This document shows, in pieces, positions 56,059 through 64,000 of a DNA stretch of 64,000 bases. The translations under genes and the position numbers were made by a program. Source of the stretch: Bdellovibrionota bacterium (GTDB lineage Bacteria > Bdellovibrionota_C > UBA2361 > JBGSMV01); the NCBI GenBank assembly GCA_041739995.1, contig JBGSMV010000040.1, forward strand, positions 32,001 to 96,000, written 5' to 3'. The notes under the pieces are model-generated. The model was not told the origin of the DNA and searched no databases. It saw only the letters and a list, made by a program, of their open reading frames with translations. The stretch's first letter is position 1. Each line of letters opens with the position of its first letter.

Positions 56059-57330
56059 TTAGAACCATCCTGCGAGACGAAGTGCTCCCAGCACCATCAA
56101 ATTAATGAACGCGATTTCCAGCAGCCACTTCCAGCCCAAATCCATCAACTGATCGTAGCGAAAGCGCGGCAAAGTCCAGCGAATCACAATCTGCAACACG
56201 CAGAAGAACACTACCTTACCCATCAGAATCATGTGGCCAATCAGGCTAGAAGCCCAGTGATTCTGAGGAAATTGAACGAAGTCGCCAAGGAACGGCAGCG
56301 GATGCCAGCCCCCAAAGAATACCAGTGCAAGCACAATGGCGAATAAGGCAATTTCGGTAAACTCCCCCATCCAGAACAACAAGAACTTCATGCCCGAGTA
56401 CTCAGTGAAATATCCGGCTACTAATTCCGATTCACTTTCAGGCAAATCAAACGGCCCTCGCTTGGTCTCCGCCATTCCCGCGACAAAGAAAATTATCATG
56501 GCGATGAACATGCAAGGATTCTGCAAGGCCCCCCAAGTGTTGCCCTGCATTTCGACCATGGCGTACAAGTCCAAGCTTCCGTACATCAGAATCGCCGTGG
56601 CAAGCGCAACTCCTAGCGCCAACTCATAGGAAATCATCTGCGCGGCCGCGCGAAGACTGCCCAACAGAGCAAACTTGTTGTTACTGCTCCAACCCGCTAA
56701 CGCAACGCCATAGACCGCCATGGAGCCCATCGCCAAGAAGAACAATATCCCTGCGTTTAATTCTGCAATCTGTGGGCGAATCTGATAACCGAACAATGCA
56801 AACTCTGGTGCCAACGGGATAATGGCGAATGCGAGGAAGATCGGAAGTGCCGCCAGCACGGGAGCTAGACTGTGAATTATCGGAGAAACCCCGTTGGGAA
56901 TAAAATCCTCTTTGGTCAATGCCTTCACCGCGTCGCACACCAGCGTGTTGATCACACCGAGAATGCCCAAGCCTCTTATCACGAAAGGCACCATCGAGAG
57001 CCCAAACAACAAGATGCCGACAATCAGCACTCCGCCGAGCACTTCCTGTGGAGGGAGAATGCCTGAAAGACTCACGACCCCAAATTGCAGGATCAACAAA
57101 CTAAGCCCTAAGAGAACAAAGAGAATTCCGAACACTCTTGCGGTCAGCAGACCTTTGGCTAGAAATGGATTCTCAATCTCAAAGAACGCACCCGCCCTGT
57201 TCGCGCCAATTCGATCCTGAATCAGCGCCGAGCCCTTGCGCTCTACCCATGTGCAAAACGCTGACATGCTCATCGCCAAATTAAAGACGACAAACACCTC
57301 AATGAACAAAATCAGATACTCTATGCCCAT
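56059..57330 (-). CDS. nuoH: NADH-quinone oxidoreductase subunit H
   Basis: WVERK, QDRIGANR, DAVKALTKED, LRAAAQMISYE, PFDLPESESELVAG, TLPRFRYDQLM. Confidence 0.95.
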   Translation of the reverse strand: MGIEYLILFIEVFVVFNLAMSMSAFCTWVERKGSALIQDRIGANRAGAFFEIENPFLAKGLLTARVFGILFVLLGLSLLILQFGVVSLSGILPPQEVLGGVLIVGILLFGLSMVPFVIRGLGILGVINTLVCDAVKALTKEDFIPNGVSPIIHSLAPVLAALPIFLAFAIIPLAPEFALFGYQIRPQIAELNAGILFFLAMGSMAVYGVALAGWSSNNKFALLGSLRAAAQMISYELALGVALATAILMYGSLDLYAMVEMQGNTWGALQNPCMFIAMIIFFVAGMAETKRGPFDLPESESELVAGYFTEYSGMKFLLFWMGEFTEIALFAIVLALVFFGGWHPLPFLGDFVQFPQNHWASSLIGHMILMGKVVFFCVLQIVIRWTLPRFRYDQLMDLGWKWLLEIAFINLMVLGALRLAGWF

Positions 57331-57350
57331 ACGCTGATATACGTCCTTAA

Positions 57351-59045
57351 CTATACCGCCGGCTGACTACCCGCAGAGTCTGCAGCTACCGTTCGTTGCC
57401 GAGGCTGATAAGACTTCAAATCAATTCCCTTCGAAGCACCCACCAAACTTAGCAGGCTGCCCTTCACGTCGGCGATCGAAAGCCCGACAAGTCGAGTGTC
57501 CTTGCCAAGAATCCGCAGGCTCAAATCTCTATCGTTAGTGGCGTCACACAACGCGGCACCGCATTCTTTGGAAATTCGGTTCAACAGGCGCCACTCTGGC
57601 TCTGCGCCAAGCGGTGCATCAATTACTCGCTCACTCCACTGCAGACGACTTTGGCGATTCACCATGAGTCCAGACTTCTCAAGAATGCTTCTGCCAGGAA
57701 GAGCGACTTTGAGCACCGACGCCAAGCCTGAAGCCGCATCAGTAAGCATGCCGACGCTCACTCCAACTGCCTGAATACCGGCAAGCAGTGCTGCGTCGCA
57801 GTCTTCGGGCAAAATCGCTCGCTGTCCCACCAACAACACATGCGAGACGCTTCCCGCGCGCAGTTGCTTCAACGCGCTCTCGTATGCGTCACCAGAAACA
57901 GACTGCACCAGCCCACTGAATTCAGCCGCTCTAAAGTTCGCCGCATAGTCCGGACTTACAAGAACCTTCTCCACTTCGGTAAGTGTTCGTTCTCTGTAGG
58001 CCAGCACCACTCGCGCCTTAGGCATGTGTCGAGTAAGGAACTCTTTTAGAATGTCATACTCTTCAAGCAAAAGATCAGGAGACACCATCACGAGCGCCTC
58101 GCTACCTACCAGCCGCTTGGACTCGCGCAGAGCCATCTCCCAGGAAGTGCCAGCTCCACCCAACAGCGGACTTGCAAGACGCTTCTGCGGAAGAAAGCGC
58201 ATGAACCCATAGCGCCCTTCGTCGCACATCCACTCCTTATTCACTGCGGAGTTAAGACGCCCTTTGACCTGCACCACTTGCTGGTCTCGAATGGCAACTT
58301 TTACGTTACAGCCAGTCGAACAACCTGGACATATCGAGTCAGTTTCTTTGGTAAACCAGATACGGGTGTTAAAGCGCCAATTGCGATGGGTAAGCGCACC
58401 GACCGGACATAGATCCACAACGGTGCCTGAAAGCGCATTGTTTAATTCTTTGCCCTCGTTGACCGCGATGACCGAGCGGTCGCCACGGTTTAGCATGCCA
58501 AGCTCTGAAGTCTTGGTGACTTCATCACAAAAACGTACACAGCGCGTGCACATGATGCAACGCTCACCATCAAGCACCACCGTGGGTCCTAGCGGAAGTG
58601 CTTTAACCTTGTGCTCTTTCTGTTCGAGAAAGCGACTGGGCCTGGCATTGTAGTCAAAGTGGTAGTCCTGCAACTTGCAGTGCCCGGCTTGATCACAAAC
58701 AGTGCAATCCAGAGGATGATTAATCAGTATAAATTCTAGAGTTGCCGCCTGAGCATCATCTACTTCAGGTGAGGTGTGATGCGTGGACACCTCCATGCCT
58801 TCACGCACCATAGTATTGCATGCGATATCAAGCTTCGGCGCGCCCTTTACTCGCACCTGACACATACGGCAGTTGCCAGCGATAGAAAGGTGGGGATGAT
58901 AACAATAAAAAGGAACGTCGACGCCAACTGACTTAGCAGCCTCGATTAGATTTGTGCCCTTGGGAACTTTGGCAGCTTTGCCGTCAATCGTGAGATTGAC
59001 CAACTCTACTGCTCCGGCTCCTTGCGCTCCCAGTTCTGTACCCAT
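57351..59045 (-). CDS. nuoG: NADH-quinone oxidoreductase subunit G (short, 564 aa)
   Basis: CYHP..AGNCRMC, HPLDCTVCDQAGHCKLQ, CIMCTRCVRFC, CPVGAL, and CPGCSTGC...C (N7-type cluster). Confidence 0.92.
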   Translation of the reverse strand: MGTELGAQGAGAVELVNLTIDGKAAKVPKGTNLIEAAKSVGVDVPFYCYHPHLSIAGNCRMCQVRVKGAPKLDIACNTMVREGMEVSTHHTSPEVDDAQAATLEFILINHPLDCTVCDQAGHCKLQDYHFDYNARPSRFLEQKEHKVKALPLGPTVVLDGERCIMCTRCVRFCDEVTKTSELGMLNRGDRSVIAVNEGKELNNALSGTVVDLCPVGALTHRNWRFNTRIWFTKETDSICPGCSTGCNVKVAIRDQQVVQVKGRLNSAVNKEWMCDEGRYGFMRFLPQKRLASPLLGGAGTSWEMALRESKRLVGSEALVMVSPDLLLEEYDILKEFLTRHMPKARVVLAYRERTLTEVEKVLVSPDYAANFRAAEFSGLVQSVSGDAYESALKQLRAGSVSHVLLVGQRAILPEDCDAALLAGIQAVGVSVGMLTDAASGLASVLKVALPGRSILEKSGLMVNRQSRLQWSERVIDAPLGAEPEWRLLNRISKECGAALCDATNDRDLSLRILGKDTRLVGLSIADVKGSLLSLVGASKGIDLKSYQPRQRTVAADSAGSQPAV

Positions 59046-59116
59046 TCGATCACCGACGTCTTCTTAATCTCTCCGAATCACCCAGCCTGGTTTCAGGCTC
59101 GCTACTTCCTAAGTCT

Positions 59117-60433
59117 TCAATGAGAACCACCCACATCCGCGTTCATGGACTCTCTTGAAATCACTCGCCCTTCCCTGGCCTCAGAAATTCGGCCGCGGAA
59201 CTCTTCGGGAAATTTTCGGATGAAGCTCTGTGCGGGCCACGCCAAGGCTTCACCGAAAGCACAGATAGTGTGCCCGGCGACTTGCCCGCAGATGCTTTCA
59301 ACGAGCTGCACGTCACCGGGCAATCCTCCGCCCTTCGAAATGCGCCCAAAGATTTTCTCGATCCAATGACCGCCCTCGCGACAAGGAGTGCACTGACCAC
59401 AAGACTCATGCGCATAGAAGTGTGCGACATTAAGCGCTGCTTCAACCATGTCGGTGTGATCGTCCATCACCATGAAACCGCCGGAGCCCACGTGAGAACC
59501 AGCCTTTGAGAGTGACTCATAGTCAATATTCACGCCTGCAAGCTCATCGGCGCGCAGAATCGGGAATGAAGAGCCGCCAGGCATGACGCCTTTAAGGTTT
59601 CGCCCTTTCCAAATGCCCCCGCACTCCTCTTCGATAAACTGCAGTAGCGGGTAGCCCATTTCAATTTCATAGATTCCAGGCTTATTGATATGCCCTGAAG
59701 CACTAATAAGTTTTGTTCCGGTGGATTTTTCAGTTCCAATAGCGGCATACCACTCGCCGCCGTTTTCTAGAATGGCTACGCACGCAGCCAGCGTTTCGGT
59801 GTTGTTAACCACCGTGGGGCAGTCATACAGACCAATCGCCGCAGGGTAATACGGAGGTTTTAGGCGCGGCTGTCCTTTCTTACCTTCTAGAGAATTGAGC
59901 AGGGCCGTCTCTTCTCCGCAGATATACGCACCTGCGCCACGATGCACGATCATGTGATGCGTGAATCCGCTGCCAAAAATGTTCTCGCCTAGGTAGCCCT
60001 TAGCATAGGCTTCATCAATGGCGCGTTGAATACGAATGTATGGGTACCCGTACTCACCACGAATATAGATGACGGAGAAATTGCTCTGCACCGCCCAAGC
60101 GCAGATAAGTTGTCCTTCAATAACTAAGTGCGGATCTCTCTCAAGCAAAAGCCGGTCTTTGAAAGTACCCGGCCCAGACTCATCCGCATTTTGCACAATA
60201 TAAATAGGCTTTCCGGAGTTGCGAGGAATAAAACTCCACTTCTGCCCGGTACCGAAACCAGCGCCGCCACGTCCGCGTAATCCAGACTTCTTGACCTCTT
60301 CAAGCACCGCAAGCGGGTCCAGGCCCATGGCCTTCTTGATGACCGAATATCCACCACGGCTCTCATACCCCGCCACAGTGTGCTGATCGGGATGATCGAT
60401 GTTTTTTAAAAGAATCTGTCGATGATTGCCCAT
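59117..60433 (-). CDS. nuoF: NADH-quinone oxidoreductase subunit F
   Basis: SGLRGRGGAGF, NADESGPGTFKDR, GAGAYICGEETAL, ESCGQCTPCREG. Confidence 0.97.
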   Translation of the reverse strand: MGNHRQILLKNIDHPDQHTVAGYESRGGYSVIKKAMGLDPLAVLEEVKKSGLRGRGGAGFGTGQKWSFIPRNSGKPIYIVQNADESGPGTFKDRLLLERDPHLVIEGQLICAWAVQSNFSVIYIRGEYGYPYIRIQRAIDEAYAKGYLGENIFGSGFTHHMIVHRGAGAYICGEETALLNSLEGKKGQPRLKPPYYPAAIGLYDCPTVVNNTETLAACVAILENGGEWYAAIGTEKSTGTKLISASGHINKPGIYEIEMGYPLLQFIEEECGGIWKGRNLKGVMPGGSSFPILRADELAGVNIDYESLSKAGSHVGSGGFMVMDDHTDMVEAALNVAHFYAHESCGQCTPCREGGHWIEKIFGRISKGGGLPGDVQLVESICGQVAGHTICAFGEALAWPAQSFIRKFPEEFRGRISEAREGRVISRESMNADVGGSH

Positions 60434-60501
60434 AATCCCTTAAATCTTGCTCAACGCCTTACGTTCAAAGAGCGCTCTACAAACCGCCTAACGCAAACCA
60501 A

Positions 60502-61104
60502 TCAACGAACCTCTGACTTAGGCTGTCCTTGCAAACCGTCGCCAAGCGAATCAGTGAGAGTAGAGAGCCTCAACTCAGGCTTCTCTTTCTCAATTCTCTG
60601 AATAATAGCTTCCAGTTTCTCTGGAGTAAGATTCTCAAAGTACGTGTCGTTAATCTCACACATTGGTGCAGTTCCGCAGGAGCCTAGACATTCAACCTCT
60701 TCGTAGCTCCATTTGCCGTCTGCACTCACTTCGTTTGGCTTAATGTGGAATCTCTTCTTCAGGTGCTCAGTCAAATGTTTAGAGCCTCTGAGCGCGCACG
60801 ACAGAGTGCGACATACTTGGAAGTGATAGGCACCAACCGGCTGCTTGTAATACATGGTGTAAAACGTAGCGACCTCTTGAACGTGCACGGGCGCCATTTC
60901 AAGCTGCTCTGACACCCACTGAATACCGCGCTGATCAATCACTCCAAGTTCTTCTTGCGCAAGATACAGCGCCGACATCACCGCCGAGTGCGGGTGCGGG
61001 TAGCGCTTCTTGATCTCAGTGAGTCGCTGAGCGGCCGCTGCTGACATCGATTTTTGATTCGCCGAAGAGTTACTAGCCGACGAATTTAAAGAATTACCGA
61101 TCAC
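60502..61104 (-). CDS. nuoE: NADH-quinone oxidoreductase subunit E
   Basis: VATFYTMY, VCRTLSC, ECLGSCGTAP. Start is either GTG 61104 (overlapping the nuoD end) or ATG 61047. Confidence 0.93.
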   Translation of the reverse strand: MIGNSLNSSASNSSANQKSMSAAAAQRLTEIKKRYPHPHSAVMSALYLAQEELGVIDQRGIQWVSEQLEMAPVHVQEVATFYTMYYKQPVGAYHFQVCRTLSCALRGSKHLTEHLKKRFHIKPNEVSADGKWSYEEVECLGSCGTAPMCEINDTYFENLTPEKLEAIIQRIEKEKPELRLSTLTDSLGDGLQGQPKSEVR

Positions 61105-62425
61105 ACTCGCCCCCAATCATGTTGACCATGCCAAATATCGGCACCACATCAGCAAGGGAATGTCCCAGCAACATTTTCCGCATCACTCCCATGTGAATAA
61201 AAGATGGTGCCCTGACGTGCACACGATAGGGCCGACCACTGCCATCCGACACCGTGTAATACGCAAGCTCTCCGTTTCCGCCCTCAACCGGCAGATACAC
61301 TTCTCCGACTGGTGGTTGGACGCCCTTAATCACCACTTCAAAGTGGTTAATCATGCCGTCGATAGACCCATACACCTCGTCCTTCGGTGCGAGCATTATT
61401 TTTGGGTCGTCTACACAGATGGGGCCTTCGGGCAGCCGCTTCAACGCCTGCTCACAAATCCTCAAAGACTGCTCAATCTCAAGCAAACGCACTTGGAATC
61501 GGTCGTAGTTGTCACCCTTGGTGCCAAGCGGCACTTCGAACTCGAAGTCTTGGTATGACGAATAAGGGAAAGTTTTCCTGACGTCATAATTAACGCCAGA
61601 GGCACGGGCAATTGGACCCGTGAGGCTGTAATCAAGAGCTTCCTCACGGGTAATCACTCCGATATCACACATGCGATCAATGAAGATTCTATTCCTACTG
61701 AGCAGCCGGTCGCTGTTCCCCACGTGCAAGCGCACGCCCTCAAACGCCTTCTTGGCTCTTCCAGCAAATCCAGGCGTGAGGTCCGCGCGGAGTCCACCGA
61801 CTCGCGCATAAGATATAGTCAATCGCGCCCCAGTCACCTCTTCAATCAGTTCCCAGAGATACTCACGTGCCTGCATGCAATAGAGCATGACGGTGAATGC
61901 GCCGAGTTCCATGGCGGAAGCCCCGCAACAGGTCAGGTGATCAGAGATTCTAGAAATCTCTGACATGATTACCCGAATGTATTGGCAACGCTTAGGGACT
62001 TCGATTCCCAGTAGTTTTTCTACCGTGAGGCACCAGCCCACATTGTTAATGATTGGGGATACGTAGTTGAGGCGATCGGTGTACGGCATGACCTGATTGT
62101 AGTCCACCGTCTCGCACATCTTCTCGAAACCGCGGTGCAAGTAGCCCACCTCGACATCCGCATCGAGAATGCGCTCTCCGTCAAGCTCTGCGACGATTCG
62201 AGAAGTCCCGTGAGTCGCTGGATGAGCCGGTCCGAGGTTCAGAATCATGGTCTCAGTGTGCAGGTCGTCTCCGATGTCACGCGAACGAAGATGGGTAGTA
62301 ATACCGCCCTCTCCGTAGTCGACGTTCAGAAGATTCGGTGAAGGAATTGCACTACTCGAAGCGACCTTGGCGTGCGGGTGACTTCCGCCATTTTGACTAC
62401 CATTTTTATTCGCGTCCTTACTCAT
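61094..62425 (-). CDS. nuoD: NADH-quinone oxidoreductase subunit D
   Basis: NLGPAHPATHG, GYLHRGFEK, DRLNY, C-terminal GECDR. Confidence 0.97.
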   Translation of the reverse strand: MSKDANKNGSQNGGSHPHAKVASSSAIPSPNLLNVDYGEGGITTHLRSRDIGDDLHTETMILNLGPAHPATHGTSRIVAELDGERILDADVEVGYLHRGFEKMCETVDYNQVMPYTDRLNYVSPIINNVGWCLTVEKLLGIEVPKRCQYIRVIMSEISRISDHLTCCGASAMELGAFTVMLYCMQAREYLWELIEEVTGARLTISYARVGGLRADLTPGFAGRAKKAFEGVRLHVGNSDRLLSRNRIFIDRMCDIGVITREEALDYSLTGPIARASGVNYDVRKTFPYSSYQDFEFEVPLGTKGDNYDRFQVRLLEIEQSLRICEQALKRLPEGPICVDDPKIMLAPKDEVYGSIDGMINHFEVVIKGVQPPVGEVYLPVEGGNGELAYYTVSDGSGRPYRVHVRAPSFIHMGVMRKMLLGHSLADVVPIFGMVNMIGGECDR

Positions 62426-63140
62426 GGCCGTGCCTTTCTTGAGACTGCCCAGATGTTGCAGGAGATGAGTTGCTTTTCACCGCGTCGCCTTTCACCGCGT
62501 CGCTACGCCGATTAATCGCAAAGAGAGGAGGTCGAATCATATCGCGTGCCGTGTTCTGAACCTCAGGCGATCGCATTGGAATGCGCGGCTGCTTGCCCTG
62601 GACGGGATAATCTTTACGGAGCGGGTGTCCGACGAATTCATCGTACATCAATATGCGTCGCAAATCGGGGTGACCGCGGAAAGTGATGCCGAGCAAGTCC
62701 CACGCTTCTCGCTCCATGAAATTTGCGCCTGAGTACAGAGAGCACAGACTGTCTATGGAAGGGTCTTTCTCAGGCAGTGACACGCGCACTCGGATGCGAT
62801 GTCCATGTGCAGTACTTAGGAAATGATAGACCGCTTCGAAGCGATCTGCGCGCGCATCGACCCAGTCCGTTCCCGTCACGCTTAAAAGCATATTGAACTG
62901 CAATTCGCTGTCCAGCTTTAGGATACGCACAAAATCGAGCAATCGATCTCTGCTCACCACCGCGACCACATCGCCAAGATCGAGGAGCAATTCCTGAAGA
63001 TTTGACCCGAACTTAGATTTCACCAAGGCATGAAGCTGTTCATGACGTTGGAGCTCTAACGGAGAAGTTCCCGGCGGTGGAGGCTTACCAGAGCTAATAT
63101 GAGGAGGAGTCGTATGGGGATCGGTCACAAACAAAACCAC
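62418..63140 (-). CDS. nuoC: NADH-quinone oxidoreductase subunit C
   Basis: EREAWDLLGI.F.GHPDLRRIL, GHPLRKDYP. Exact start uncertain. Confidence 0.95.
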   Translation of the reverse strand: MVLFVTDPHTTPPHISSGKPPPPGTSPLELQRHEQLHALVKSKFGSNLQELLLDLGDVVAVVSRDRLLDFVRILKLDSELQFNMLLSVTGTDWVDARADRFEAVYHFLSTAHGHRIRVRVSLPEKDPSIDSLCSLYSGANFMEREAWDLLGITFRGHPDLRRILMYDEFVGHPLRKDYPVQGKQPRIPMRSPEVQNTARDMIRPPLFAINRRSDAVKGDAVKSNSSPATSGQSQERHGHE

Positions 63141-63491
63141 ATTAAATAAATGTCTGAAAAACAGGTCGAAGTTTGCCGCGAGCTTGAATTACACCACGCA
63201 ACCAATGAAAGCGTGAGTAGCATATTTATCGAGCCTACTTGCCAATCGTTCTAGACAAAAATAGAGAGTGCTGCAATCGGAGGGATGCAAGCACGCGCAA
63301 AACACCCGGATCCGAAAGACCTAGGGTAGCCGGTATAGATGGTACGATATTGATAACGACCGCACGTCATACCATGCAGTCGATAGGCCCCATCAATGCA
63401 AATGCGGGGCGGAGCACACCTTTGATTTCAAACCGAACTTCAGGTACGAAACACCCTCGTTAAAATCTAATCTTGAGTATAGTGGTCAAGA

Positions 63492-64000
63492 ATGTCCTCA
63501 CCTCTATCAGCCAAAGAGAAAGAGATTATAGCAGCGGAGGAGAGCCTCCTGGCGGAAGTACTGTCGTCGCTCACTCAGCAGCTGTCTCGCGCCCTAGAAC
63601 GCCTTTCTATTGAGAGCGCCCGCGCCCGAGACCTTACCGCCGAGCTCGTATCCTATACCCGAGACGAAGACAAACAGATGATTGCATCGGACGAGGCCGT
63701 GGCTCACGGCCTCAGAGACCGCAAGGCCGCCGAAGTCGCGGTACTCGAGAAGCTAATCAAGAAACCCTACTTCGCTCGCCTCGTCCTCGAGGAGGACATG
63801 TCCGACGGTATTAAGCAGCTCGAATACAGGATGGGCTTCGCCGAGAACTCGGAATGTCGAATCATCGACTGGCGCAAGGCTCCGGTAGCAAAGCTCTACT
63901 ATGAATACAAAACAGGCGACGAATACAGCGAAGAGATACTAGGCAGAGAACGACTTGGCACAATCAGAGCGCGCGTTCAGGTAGAGATTGAAAAATCCCG
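63492..64000 (+). CDS. HelD-like / UvrD-superfamily ATPase, 5' partial
   Basis: Own translation from ATG 63492: MSSPLSAKEKEIIAAEE...KPYFARL...RIIDWRKAPVAKLYYEY..., open to the window edge. PYF.R and DWR.P are typical of the HelD N-terminus. The ATPase motifs are outside the window. Confidence 0.7.
   Translation, partial: MSSPLSAKEKEIIAAEESLLAEVLSSLTQQLSRALERLSIESARARDLTAELVSYTRDEDKQMIASDEAVAHGLRDRKAAEVAVLEKLIKKPYFARLVLEEDMSDGIKQLEYRMGFAENSECRIIDWRKAPVAKLYYEYKTGDEYSEEILGRERLGTIRARVQVEIEKS

Overview
Bacterial chromosomal window of moderate GC. Gene content and style suggest a deltaproteobacterial/Bdellovibrionota-like lineage, but that is inference only. Most of it is housekeeping: tatBC, lpxD, nadC-birA-coaX, dnaE, yaeQ, an M3 oligopeptidase, a CNNM/CBS protein, a membrane Fe-S oxidoreductase, an HU with a Lys-rich tail, a complex I operon nuoCDEFGH-JKLMN lacking nuoA/B/I, and the 5' part of a HelD-like ATPase. 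Notable items: (1) a URC-type uracil catabolism operon (CoA-acylating malonate/methylmalonate-semialdehyde dehydrogenase, Urc1/UTP cyclohydrolase, Urc4, upp). About 4.7 kb away lies a protein built from two tandem, rewired GTP-cyclohydrolase-II domains; this is the best candidate for undescribed nucleotide chemistry. (2) An integrase-less integron remnant beside dnaE, with one complete cassette (matching GTTATCCC/GGGATAAC cores), a 98-bp attC and a probable attI. (3) A PilC/GspF-like protein with no membrane helices and apparently swapped domain order. (4) A stand-alone PHP protein that has lost nearly all metal ligands. (5) A divergent ATP-grasp ligase / isoaspartyl peptidase pair. (6) NuoH with a hydrophobic insertion. 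(7) A MITE-like element, 9-nt-periodic palindromes and many 12-17 bp tandem duplications. No rRNA, tRNA, CRISPR array or transposase was found. All calls come from reading motifs by eye; no database searches were run.
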